NCBI GenBank assembly: GCA_965246715.1
Contig: CBDFFH010000009.1
Location: 32,001-96,000, forward strand
Direction: 5' to 3'
DNA length: 64,000 nucleotides
DNA from: Chamaesiphon sp.
GTDB taxonomy: Bacteria; Cyanobacteriota; Cyanobacteriia; Cyanobacteriales; Chamaesiphonaceae
Within the stretch, counting starts at the first letter, position 1; each line of letters begins with the position of its first letter. The notes beneath the pieces were generated by a model. The model saw nothing but the letters and a program-made list of their open reading frames with translations. It had not been told where the DNA came from and searched no databases. Positions 19,728 to 31,190 of this stretch are shown here, piece by piece. Made by a program: the position numbers and the translations under genes.

Positions 19728-20372
19728 TTAATAATGAAAAAAAGGTTGAAGTTGACAGAGCGTTGATAAAAGCTCGGCAACCTTAGCATTAGTATATCGA
19801 TCGGAACGGGGATAAATCAGACAACTGCGTATCTGTCGATTGCGATCTGTATAATTGAGTTTTTGAAGATCGATATCGGGTAGTCTAACTAGGGTATTTT
19901 TTTGACCGATCGTTTTTAGAGTCAGAGAATCGACCATAGTAAAAATTGTCTTCCAGATTTCTGCTGCGTAAGCTTGACTCAGTAAAAAACTATATTTTAA
20001 GTTCTTATACTTAGCAGTAAATCCTGCTACTAACGAAACAATCTTTTGTAACTCCCGATGACATGGGGGTAAAACCTGCCACCAGTGAGCGCGAGTATCG
20101 ATACTAAGAGGTAGACGTTCGAGATAAATATTAAATCTTACAGGATCGCACTCAGACACGATCGCGTGAACTTGGTGGTCACACATCAACTCATCTAATT
20201 GCCAATCTGCAATCGTGTCAAACATGTACCGTTGATATGAGGCTCCATAACACGTTAGCAGAGTTTGTAAGGCGCGATTCGGCAGAGCCGACGCTTCGCG
20301 AACGACTAATTCTCCTCCCGATGATACATAATGAATCAAGGTAAATACCCCGTATTCCGAAAAGATTGCCAA
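19728..20372 (-). CDS. hypothetical protein downstream of the ParA-like ATPase
   Basis: ORF 214 aa; in-frame 24-nt insertion at 20279-20302. Confidence 0.55.
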   Translation of the reverse strand: MAIFSEYGVFTLIHYVSSGGELVVREASALPNRALQTLLTCYGASYQRYMFDTIADWQLDELMCDHQVHAIVSECDPVRFNIYLERLPLSIDTRAHWWQVLPPCHRELQKIVSLVAGFTAKYKNLKYSFLLSQAYAAEIWKTIFTMVDSLTLKTIGQKNTLVRLPDIDLQKLNYTDRNRQIRSCLIYPRSDRYTNAKVAELLSTLCQLQPFFHY

Positions 20373-21169
20373 TTATCCTCCAACCATTTATCTATTTTAA
20401 GTTTCACGATCGGATTGAGTTGCTTCCCTTGCTGATATCCATTCTTGACAATTTCATGTAACGGAGTACCGAGATCTACAGCTTCAAGAATTGCCGGATC
20501 TGCAAGCCAGGGCAGGATGTTAGCAATTTTAACTTTACTATCCTGCGAAAATTTGTCTAGCAGAGGTAACGGATCGAATCTATCCCAGTTAGGAACCGCA
20601 CTAGTAATTCCTAAGTTAAATACACATACATGCTGAATATTTGGATATTTGGTGACAAAATCGACGAACATCTGCTGGGAAGTACCGCTCCCAAAGCTAC
20701 ACCACCAATTTACAACTTTAAACGGTGACGATTCGCTCGCCATTAGCCCATTAATATTATTACTGTCCAGCCAAAGTTCGATCCCATCATTTGCTGGTAG
20801 AGAGACGATAATATCTTGCTTCAATCCATAGATAATATCCAATAATCGATCGCCTAAATAGCTAAACTTAGCATCTTTAGAGAAGATAATTTGTTCGCTC
20901 ATCAGATTTGAATCTACTTGCAATTTAAGTTCTTCTTTATCTGCTAACGATCGACCGAAGCGACTGCCGATTCCCAAAAGGGGACGCTCCGCGATCGAGC
21001 TGACCAAGGACTTAACATCCTTGTGTTGCCAAAGAGCCACGGTTTCTTTATCATAAGCACGAGCTACATTATAATTAGGATCGGCATCAATTAATGTAAA
21101 CGATCGCCCCAGCTCGATCGACCGTTCGCAAAACAGACGTGCGAGAGTAGATTTCCCCACTCCCCCTAA
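20336..21169 (-). pseudogene. ParA/MobD-like P-loop ATPase, 5' end removed at the IS5 junction
   Basis: GGVGKSTLAR..LIDADP; the frame runs into the IS end. Confidence 0.7.
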
Positions 21170-22086
21170 GAAGCTGTTTGAAAAGTATTGAGAACGCCTC
21201 TGAGCCTCTGTGACAAGGCAATTGTAAAGTAAAAGGGTCTAAAAACAGACCCTTATAATGACACGACTAGCATACGACACAGACCTCACAGATGACCAGT
21301 GGCAAATTTTAGAACCGTATATTCCGGCGGCCAAACAAGGAGGTCGTCCTCGGAGCTTAGAGATGAGAGAAGTGCTCAATGCAATCTTCTATCTGCTGGC
21401 TAACGGGATTAAATGGCGAGCAATGCCCCATGACCTACCAAAATGGCCGAGTGTTTACACCTATTTCCGCGCATGGGAGGCAGATGGGACATGGCAGAAA
21501 CTCAATCATGAATTACAAGTAAAGGTGCGACTAGCAGCCGGAAGAAATGCCCAACCGAGTGCAGGGAGCGTGGATAGTCAATCGGTGAAAACAGCCAGTG
21601 GGGGTGAGGAGATCGGATTTGATGGTGGCAAGAAGGTTAAAGGACGTAAACGAACCATCTTGGTCGATACAATGGGTCTGCTGCTGGGTGTCTGTGTGCA
21701 TAGTGCTGGACGCTCCGACCATGCGGGGATGATTTTACTAGCCACGTTCTGGGCTTGGTTATGGCAGTGCCTGCAAGTGATTTGGATCGACAGCACCTTT
21801 GCTGGTAAGGAATTTGTGGCAAAGATCGAACGACAGTTTGGCTGGAAGTTGGAACATCTCAAGCGTACTGATGAGAAACCTGGTTTTCAGGTTATTCCTA
21901 AACGTTGGGTGGTGGAGCGGACTTACTCCTGGTTTGGACATTATCGGCGTTTAAGTAAAGACTATGAATTTTTGCCCACTACCAGCGAAATGATGCTGTT
22001 TGCTGCTATGGTTCATTTGATGGTTCGTCGATTAGAGCCTAAAACTCATGCTGGGTAAGCTATCCTCAAACTTTTCAAACAGGTTC
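21170..22086 (+). mobile_element. IS5-family (IS1031-like) element; transposase 21258-22058
   Basis: IRs gaagctgtttgaaaagt / gaacctgtttgaaaagt; TAA on both sides; DSQSVK, GKKVKGRKR, RWVVERT. Confidence 0.95.
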
Positions 22087-22332
22087 TAAGGTTCCGTTCT
22101 GATTTTCAATGCCTCGAATCGAAATTGATGTTGTACTAGAGCTACCGTTAACTCGACTACATCTGGCGGATAAAAACCTTTTGTAAACCTGAATATTCCG
22201 ACAAGAATTTTGATAACTGCTACGAGATGTGGATTCTGCCACAGCATCATTAGGGATTGCCGCCAGCATTACAACGCAAGCGATCATAGTTATTAAACTT
22301 GACAACTGACTTAGTTTTGGAAAATAAGACAT
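22087..22332 (-). pseudogene. secreted cyanovirin-N-like (CVNH) protein, 3' end truncated by IS5
   Basis: Signal peptide plus SSYQNSCRNI....LSARC......SISIRGIENQNGTL. Confidence 0.7.
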
Positions 22333-22591
22333 AAGTGTTTTCTGATGGTAAACAAAGATTTATTTTTAGAAATGGAGATAGAAGACGCAGGGCAAATCGT
22401 CGGAACGACCTTGACGGACTTCGATCTTACAGATGACTGAGATCTAAATAACTAATAGCTTAATTTTGCCTAGTAAGCTATCAGCGTCTTCTGTAAGTAA
22501 ACAAAGTTTGATTTCGATTGAGAGGAAGGTGCAAAAATAGAAATAGTGAATTATTATTTAAATCTAAAACTTTCGCAAAGGACAAACTTCG

Positions 22592-24120
22592 ATGAAACGA
22601 TCTATAGCTTGGATCTCAATTATTAGTGCTTATGTCTTAGGAATTGCTACAGGGAGCATCCCACTTTTTATTTAGCGGTCGCAAATTAACCCGTTGAGGT
22701 AGGCGCAGCGATGCGCTAATACTTGAGGAACATTTTCAGATTTCCACTGCGCTCCAGAAATTTTAGTCCGGCGATCGATCTGTTTAATTGTAGACTCAAT
22801 GGAACCAGAACCAATAGAGCAGATTTGTTCGGCTTGAAAATAATAATAATTAATTATCCGATGACGATGTTTCTCTAAATAAGCACAAAAGTTTTCAGCT
22901 TGCTTGAGATTACAATCACCAAACAACTTAATCGTCTCATCAACTTTTCCGTACCAGAGTAATTCTCTGGCTGCAAATAATCTTTGGTTGGAACCGCCAA
23001 TTTTATGGAGATTTTCCATCAAATGAAACCAGTCGAGAATTTCTCTTCTTTCACCAATAGGTACAAATTCCTTGATGATATTCCATACCCCGTCATGGCC
23101 ATCACCTAAGCAAGTAACAACTGGAGCTAATTCTTGACTATTTACCCAATTAACGATCGTCTCATTTTCTTGAAATGATGATGCAATTTTTTGCTGTTGA
23201 TGTAGTACTGTTGCTTTGTATCCTTTCCAGCTACACACCTCTCCCTTTGGGGTTCTCACTCGAATATTCCCCCCATCTACACTCAATTCTGCCACGGGTG
23301 TCTCAGCTTGAGGCAATTCAAATTCTTGTCTGTGAATTAACCTCTGTTGGGCACTTTTTGATATCTCCACTCCAGTTAAATATTTGACTTCCTCTGTTGT
23401 CCTTTCGTAAGAAATTGATGCACTTATACGCAAGCAACAAGCTTCCAAATACGGACTGATTTGGGTATGACTTTTGATATTTAGCTTGGCTGCCTGTTTG
23501 CTTGTGATTGCTAATTCTCCAATTATGCTTTGGATCTGTCTTTTATATCCTCCAGTTTCGACTGTGACATTTTCGATAAAAAAATTCCGACGGATGGCAT
23601 CACATACTCTTGCATTCTCGCTCTCACCGCTTCTTCGATTTTTCCTAAGCTTGTTAGTTCTTCTTTTGGTGTATTTTTATACAATATTTTGGCAATAGCT
23701 TTTGTGTGTCGATCGAGTTCTTTTTGCTCTTCTGGACTCATTACACTACCTTAGTTTACTTGACCCCATTATCTCAAGATTATGCTCCCTCTGCTGCTAT
23801 TTTCACCAGATTTCTCGATCGCCATACTAGTACATACGCTTTATCTACATAAAACTAATAAAAAGTGGGATGCTCCCATTGCTACATTCGTTGGCGGAGC
23901 CTCTCCTTTGGAGAATCGAGTTAACCTCAAAGCTGTTGCAACTGCACCAAATCTTCAGCCAGAATTGACTAAACTTGGTAGCAAATCTTATTTACTCACT
24001 TGGACAGATAATTCTGTTGTCTATGTCTCTTGCTATCCCACAGTTAAACCCAGCATGAAACCTGCACCAATTAAACAAACCCCAAATAGATATGTCATCA
24101 CCTGTAAAAACAGATCGTAA
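22592..24120 (+). pseudogene. small secreted hypothetical protein interrupted by ISKra4-like copy 1
   Basis: MKRSIAWISIISAYVLGIAT | F..RVNLKAVATAPNLQ...CKNRS rejoin across the TSD. Confidence 0.65.
22652..23877 (-). mobile_element. ISKra4-like IS, copy 1 (ORFs 23523-23741 and 22672-23448 joined by a probable -1 frameshift)
   Basis: IR gggagcatcccactttttatt; 9-bp TSD attgctaca; LGDGHDGVW, LDWFHL, IGSGSIES. Confidence 0.92.
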
Positions 24121-24176
24121 ACAACACTGACAGTGCTGAAAATAAAATATTTATAGGGCGTTAGTGAATGAGTTGG

Positions 24177-25358
24177 CTAAACGCCCAGCCCAAATGTTTC
24201 AAATTCAGTAGATACCTGCTGAATAAATCGATGAGTAACATACTCCATTACCACAGGCGGCAACCAGAATAACCCATCTGTTTTTTCGACGATCGATCGC
24301 CGCATCAATGAGTTTAGTTGTTTGGGTACACTTTGCTCAGGGGGCAAACCGACAATATTTTCACGAATTTTGGCAATTGATACTGGCTCACGATGAATCG
24401 CCAAGCAAAACAATACTTGCTGTTCGGCTGTGAATAACCGATTCTCATTCTGTTCGCGAAGCGTCTGCCTGCGCAGAGAGGCTACGCCAACGAACTGTCG
24501 ATCGAGCAAATCGCTAATGTCTGCAAATACCGAAATTCCGCAGTCGAGATCGGCGATAACCTCGGCGATGTTGCCATCGAACAGTGTTTGGGTGCTGGCT
24601 GCTACCATCTTCAGCATCAGCGGATTGCCACCATAGTGATGAATTAGCTGCTGCCAGTGGGCTGTCGTACCTGTAAATTCGCCTTTTTGGTCAAAGATGG
24701 CGCGTCCATCTGCGGGTGTGAGTCCCTTCAATGACAACGCGGCACAAGTGCTCTGTCTATCTTCCATCAGGGTGATTTCGCTGGGCTGTTCGCGACTGGT
24801 AAGCAATAGACAACTCTGGTGAGGAGTTTCGCCGATCGTTTTGAGTAGTTGTCCATAGGCTTCATAACCCGCGCTCCATTGTCCCACCCGCTGGGAATCT
24901 AAAATAACTTCAGCACTATCTAGCATCAATAGACACCGACGCGATCGCAGGTACTCCATCAACTTAGAAAACTTTTCATCAAGCATGGAGGGAATCACCG
25001 GATCTTCCCCATAGAGTGGCATCAGGAATTTCAACAGACTCGATAGCAGCTCTGCCAATGTTGGTGCATGAGTGAGACTGCGCCACACGACAATCTCAAA
25101 CTCGGATTGCATCTGGAGCGCAGCCTTAACAGCGATCGCACTTTTGCCAATCCCCTCCATTCCCATTACCCCAACCACGCGACAGCGATTGCAAACAATC
25201 CACTGCCACAGTTGCGCCAATTCTCGATCGCGCCCGTAGAAAACCGATGTATCGACAGCATTATCCCAATCCTGATGCGAATTTGGCTGTCTGTTGTTAT
25301 CCTCTTCATATATGGCGATTACAGATGTATGATCTGCCTTGGTTAATTCCAGCCCAAA
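24177..25358 (-). pseudogene. NB-ARC/STAND NTPase remnant (N-terminus cut by IS; no WD40 tail)
   Basis: FYGRDREL, GMEGIGKS, LLMLDS, LLLTSRE, GGNPLML. Confidence 0.85.
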
Positions 25359-26584
25359 GGGAGCATCCCACTTTTTATTTAGCGGTCGCAAATTAACCCG
25401 TTGAGGTAGGCGCAGCGATGCGCTAATACTTGAGGAACATTTTCAGATTTCCACTGCGCTCCAGAAATTTTAGTCCGGCGATCGATCTGTTTAATTGTAG
25501 ACTCAATGGAACCAGAACCAATAGAGCAGATTTGTTCGGCTTGAAAATAATAATAATTAATTATCCGATGACGATGTTTCTCTAAATAAGCACAAAAGTT
25601 TTCAGCTTGCTTGAGATTACAATCACCAAACAACTTAATCGTCTCATCAACTTTTCCGTACCAGAGTAATTCTCTGGCTGCAAATAATCTTTGGTTGGAA
25701 CCGCCAATTTTATGGAGATTTTCCATCAAATGAAACCAGTCGAGAATTTCTCTTCTTTCACCAATAGGTACAAATTCCTTGATGATATTCCATACCCCGT
25801 CATGGCCATCACCTAAGCAAGTAACAACTGGAGCTAATTCTTGACTATTTACCCAATTAACGATCGTCTCATTTTCTTGAAATGATGATGCAATTTTTTG
25901 CTGTTGATGTAGTACTGTTGCTTTGTATCCTTTCCAGCTACACACCTCTCCCTTTGGGGTTCTCACTCGAATATTCCCCCCATCTACACTCAATTCTGCC
26001 ACGGGTGTCTCAGCTTGAGGCAATTCAAATTCTTGTCTGTGAATTAACCTCTGTTGGGCACTTTTTGATATCTCCACTCCAGTTAAATATTTGACTTCCT
26101 CTGTTGTCCTTTCGTAAGAAATTGATGCACTTATACGCAAGCAACAAGCTTCCAAATACGGACTGATTTGGGTATGACTTTTGATATTTAGCTTGGCTGC
26201 CTGTTTGCTTGTGATTGCTAATTCTCCAATTATGCTTTGGATCTGTCTTTTATATCCTCCAGTTTCGACTGTGACATTTTCGATAAAAAAATTCCGACGG
26301 ATGGCATCACATACTCTTGCATTCTCGCTCTCACCGCTTCTTCGATTTTTCCTAAGCTTGTTAGTTCTTCTTTTGGTGTATTTTTATACAATATTTTGGC
26401 AATAGCTTTTGTGTGTCGATCGAGTTCTTTTTGCTCTTCTGGACTCATTACACTACCTTAGTTTACTTGACCCCATTATCTCAAGATTATGCTCCCTCTG
26501 CTGCTATTTTCACCAGATTTCTCGATCGCCATACTAGTACATACGCTTTATCTACATAAAACTAATAAAAAGTGGGATGCTCCC
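25359..26584 (-). mobile_element. ISKra4-like IS, copy 2 (no TSD)
   Basis: Same IRs and identical ORF translations to copy 1; flanks do not match. Confidence 0.92.
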
Positions 26585-28992
26585 TTGCGAATTCTCCTAT
26601 CTCCGGTAAGTTGGTTGCTAGTCTGAATTCAGTTCGTTCTTCTAAATCGCAATAATTAACAATTCTGCACTCTACCGCTTGGGTATGGGTCATGGGCGGG
26701 TGTCCCGATTCGTGACAAGTTAAGAAAAACCGAGGGTTGTCAAGGGGAGAAAGAAAAAATGTCAAACTGTTACTAGCAAAGAGTTAGAACCAAATTTGAC
26801 ACATGCCTAAAAAGCGGACAACAAATCGCGACCACGCCAAGCGACAACAACGTCCGATGATGGAAGAGGAGGTGATAGCAGCACAATTAGAACAGCTAGT
26901 CACGCCAGCAGTACTAGCACAAGAAAAGTACTATCGCCAACTCGGAATGAGGGATAGAATACTGAATCTGCCGCTGATGGTAGCAGCAGTGCTGACACTA
27001 ATTTGGCGAGACGTAGCTGGAGTCAGAGAACTCAGCAGAATACTCGCCAGAGAAGGATTTCTCTGGTGCGAACCAACACAAGTCAGCCAACAAGCATTAT
27101 CACAGAGATTTTTGACATTTCCCGCTGAAATATTTGAGCGAATATTTAGAGAATTACTGCCAGAATTCGAGCGAAAATGGCACAGTCGCAACAAAAGACA
27201 ACTACCCTCCAGTATTCAATTTGCCCGAACTAAATTTGCTAGAGTTTGGGCTAGTGACGGTTCAACATTAGAAGCAATCTTCAAGAAATTAGAAAGTCTG
27301 ACAGATGTGCCAAAAAATCAATTAGCTGGAAAAATAGGAGTAGTCATCGATCTAGTAACCCGACTACCAGTAGAAATTTGGTTTGAGTCGAATGCCAAAG
27401 CTAGTGACATGAAGTTTGAGGCAGATATCCTAAAGCTAGTCAAGCCCCAGACATTAATTTTACTAGATCGAGGATTTTGTCATTATCTGTTTTGGCAACA
27501 ACTAATCGAAAGGAATGTTCATGTAATTACCCGCCTAAACAACAAAGCATCATTTACCGTCGAGAGCGCATTCACGAATAGTTACAGCATCCGCGACCGA
27601 ATAGTAACAATGGGTGCTGGTAATAAAACAACTCCATGTATCACGATGAGATTAGTGGAAATCAAAATGGGTAAAGCTTGGTACTCTTATCTAACTAGCG
27701 TGCTTGACCCATTAATTTTACCACCCTACGTAGTTGCCGATTTGTATGGTAGAAGATGGCGAATAGAAGAGGCATTTAATATTGTCAAACGATTGTTAGG
27801 ATTGAGTTATATCTGGACAGGCTCACTTAATGGTATTAAGTTGCAACTCTGGGGAACTTGGCTATTTTATATTGTATTAGTCGATCTTGGCGATGCGATT
27901 GCTGATGAGCTATCTCTTCCTTTTGACCGCATTTCTTTAGAGATGATTTATCGTGGTCTTTACCATTTTTATGTTGCCCATCACAAAGGTTTAGCTACCG
28001 ACCCCATTAAATATTTTGCAGCTCCTGAAAATAGAGATTTAGGTATTATTAAATCTATCCGAAAGCCATTCAAGAAATTAATGATTGACCCCTTTCCCGA
28101 CCAAGCGAGCAGGGAAGGCTCATTCTTTTTTGAGCCTTCCGCTCAACCCGGCTTGACAACTGCGCTCGCTCCTTAACTTGTCACGAATCGGGAAACCCGA
28201 CCGACCCAACTCCGCTTTTTCGTTCCTGTTCCTACTAAAAACTTACCATTTTCTTGCATCTGTAAACTCATATCATTCTTTATTCTCAAGACAAAGTATC
28301 GCTCTTTATCTTGAATTAGATCCTTGATTCTTTCCAGCTTACAAAATCCTCTATCCATTATGTTGACTCCATTCTTCGGTGTCGCTGCTATGGTTTCTTC
28401 TCCATATTTACTGTCATGTCCTTGTCCAAAATGAATTAATATTCCACCTGGCTCTGCTGTTAATAAATTAATACCGCTAAATAGTTTAACTTGCGGATGA
28501 AATCGCGCTGAGGTCTCCTCAGCGTGCGTTTCACCAAGCAGGTGATATCCTTCTTTCCATAGCAATTTACTAGTCAAGGATATAATCGTTGAATCAATTG
28601 GAAATAATACTAGAGCTTTCGGGTCAATGTTTTTCTTTTTATTCAGCTCACTTCTTAATCTTAAAAATAAATTATGAAATACAACTGGATCTCTATTTTT
28701 GCTAGCCTTCGAGAAAGTTGATATGTCCATATCTATTCCTCTAACATTCAACCTCTTGAATAAATCTCTCATACTGGATTGACTTTGATCCATTACAAAG
28801 CTCAACCAGCATGATCCAAACTTGAAGGTGTCCAGCACTGGATAATCATCTTTGGGAAGGTCGCCCAAGAATTTATTGATTATATTCGGAAAATTTGATA
28901 ACATGCTAACTAGTTTTTTGTTTTTAATCACCTCCATTTTATCTGAATGGGGGTCATTTTTTACCAGTTGTTACTATCATTCAACACTTCTG
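26585..28992 (-). mobile_element. outer IS4-family element, disrupted (transposase 28937 down to ~28210, resuming ~26680-26585)
   Basis: End cagaagtgttgaa (rc) at 28980-28992; IDSTIISLTSKLLW, MDRGF, EFRLATNL. Confidence 0.8.
26704..28192 (+). mobile_element. inner IS4-family element; transposase 26803-28176
   Basis: 21-bp perfect IR cccgattcgtgacaagttaag; DGSTL, LDRGF, YGRRWRIEEAF. Confidence 0.92.
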
Positions 28993-29307
28993 ATATCGAC
29001 CATCTGCACTCTGACTTGAAAATTAAATAAACATAGCTATTATACCCCTCATAAATTCTCTGGCAATCGATTGGCAGCTTATGCGAAAAAAATTGCCGAG
29101 CGAGATAGTGTCGATGCGGGGGTGGTGATTTGGAACTATGCTTGGACGAAAAAAGAATGGGCAGTAGCTCAAAATGCGCTCAAAGTAGTAGAAGGTGCGA
29201 GTAAAGCTAACGAAATTATCGATCGATATCTTCAGGATCGACTAGATTGGGAGCGGTTGAGTGATGATAATCAAGATTATCTATCACTGATGTTGCGATT
29301 GGATTAG
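28993..29307 (+). pseudogene. C-terminal remnant of a hypothetical protein (possibly ImmA/IrrE-HTH type) upstream of the PIN-like gene
   Basis: ORF fragment abutting the IS4 end; family assignment is weak. Confidence 0.35.
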
Positions 29308-29317
29308 GGCAGAAATT

Positions 29318-29962
29318 TTGAGTGCGATCTGCTTTTTAGATAACGATGCAATTCTCAAGTTGACTGCTTGTAATTTACTGGCAGAAGCGATGCTCTGTTT
29401 GGGTGTGGAGCGGGCTGATATTTATGTACTGGAATCAGCCCAGCATGTTTTTAGATCGAATCAGAGACTGCGCCGCAACTATTCAGAGCAAACTTGCAAT
29501 CTGGCGATCGAATTTGTCCTTGGCTGTCAAGTAATTACACCACCAACCGATCTGAGTGAATTGGATCTATTGAACCAGATTGTGAATATCGATCGTGGTG
29601 AAGCATTATTAATCTCTGCTACTGCAAATGTTGATGTATTTTGGTTGACTACTGGTGATAAACGCTGTATCAATGCGGTTGCTAGTTCGGGTTTAGAAGA
29701 GATCGAGCGACGATTAGCTGGTCGGGTTGTATGTCTAGAGCAAGTCATACTCAAATTAATCGATCGAGAGGGGTTTGAGTTAGTACGCGATTACCTCCGG
29801 TAGACTTCGCCAACGAGTTATCCCAGGTAGAGATTGCGACAAAGTTCTCAAATCTGCGTTTGGTTCTGGGAGATATGCAGAGTAAAAAAATGTGGTAGAG
29901 ACGTTGGAAAGTTACGTTCTAGATTTGCGGAATAGTTCGCAGGGATTACTGGCAAATTTTTA
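29318..29962 (+). pseudogene. PIN-like (DUF3368-like) protein truncated by a 22-nt insertion and a later stop
   Basis: FLDNDAILKL...IDRGEALL...LTTGDKR; without 29792-29813 it continues RDRVIPGRDCDKVLKSAFGSG. Confidence 0.65.
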
Positions 29963-30073
29963 AACGCGAACTGCTGTGCTGGTCTACCATAATGAGAAAC
30001 AAGGATGACCTCAACCCGCTCATCAGTAGTTATCGTCTGCCATAATAATAGATAAATTAGCGCAATCTCAGCT

Positions 30074-30307
30074 ATGGAAGCGATCGCTCTCGAACAACAA
30101 ATCTTAGTAAGTATCCGCACCTTGCCCGTACAGCAACAGCATGAGGTGTTAAACTTTGCCCAATTCCTGCATCAAAAAGCAGCAGTCAAGCCCCCTCGTC
30201 GCAGTCTCAAGGGTTTAGGTGCTGATTTGAAGGTTCAGATTACTGAAACCGATATTGATGAAGTCCGTCAGGAAATGTGGGGTAACTTTCCAAGGGAGAT
30301 CGTTTAG
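30074..30307 (+). CDS. DUF2281-like antitoxin
   Basis: LPVQQQHEVLNFAQFL; precedes the PIN toxin. Confidence 0.75.
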   Translation: MEAIALEQQILVSIRTLPVQQQHEVLNFAQFLHQKAAVKPPRRSLKGLGADLKVQITETDIDEVRQEMWGNFPREIV

Positions 30308-30309
30308 GG

Positions 30310-30734
30310 ATGGCGATTGTTGCCGATACACACGCCATCATTTGGTATTTGGTTGAGCCAGAGCGATTATCTCAAGTAGCCCTAGATGCACTAGAAGGAG
30401 AGATTGCGGCTGGAGAACCAATATATATTTCTGCAATCTCTTTGATTGAAATTTGTTATTTAATTGAAAAACGTAGAATAGCCAGCGATTTACTTCAACG
30501 GATTCTAGCAGTACTGAATGAGCCAGATCCTAGCCTAATCGTAGTGCCGATCGATCTGGCAATTTCCATCGCGGTTCAAAATATCGTTGGCGTAGCCTCT
30601 CTTTGGAGAATCGCGATACCGTTCCCGATATGCCGGATCGAATTATTGCCGCAACCGCCTTACATTTGAATTTACCACTGGTGACTCGCGATCGAAAGAT
30701 CCAAGCCGAACGATCGATTATCACAATTTGGTAA
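30310..30734 (+). pseudogene. vapC: VapC/PIN toxin frameshifted by a 23-nt insertion
   Basis: IVADTHAIIW, SAISLIEI; after removing 30587-30609 it reads DRDTVPDMPDRIIAATALHLNLPLVTRDRKI..TIW*. Confidence 0.85.
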
Positions 30735-31190
30735 ACATGCCTATTCGTACTCAGCAGCCATTCTCTAATGAGGGGCTACACCAACGGCCAATTCGGAATA
30801 GCCGCATCGATCGCCTCCATCACCTCGATCGTTTCTCCCAATGCGGCGACAATCCCCTGATAGTGGGCGATATCCGCTGCACTCAATATCCGCCCTTTGC
30901 GATCTTTGAGCCACTTGTGACAGACTTGATAACCCCCAACATGGAACTTCCACACCGCTTCGGGGACATTAATAAACCCTTCTTCCTGTTTGTTGATGGG
31001 GTGACTTTGCCCGATTCATACTTGGGATAACCCGCCCCAACTTCTGCGGAACTATTACCACCTAAGCCACTCTCCCAGTCGCCTCCTCTCGCTGTCTCTA
31101 CAGATTTCATCAAGTGTAAGTTAACCAATCTCTCGCCGAAGTTGGCTAGTTTCTCGAACAGTTCGTTATTGCTGGTGAGGGGTACGCGGG

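Noticed and set aside
22384..22445. c-di-GMP-I riboswitch-like start (cagggcaaa..ggaa..gacg)
   Set aside because: Lacks GACGCAAAGC and a convincing second stem; needs an Infernal/Rfam search to exclude fully
23782..23877. MLPLLLFSPDFS... ORF starts (also 61765-62040)
   Set aside because: Outward-reading frames from the IS end
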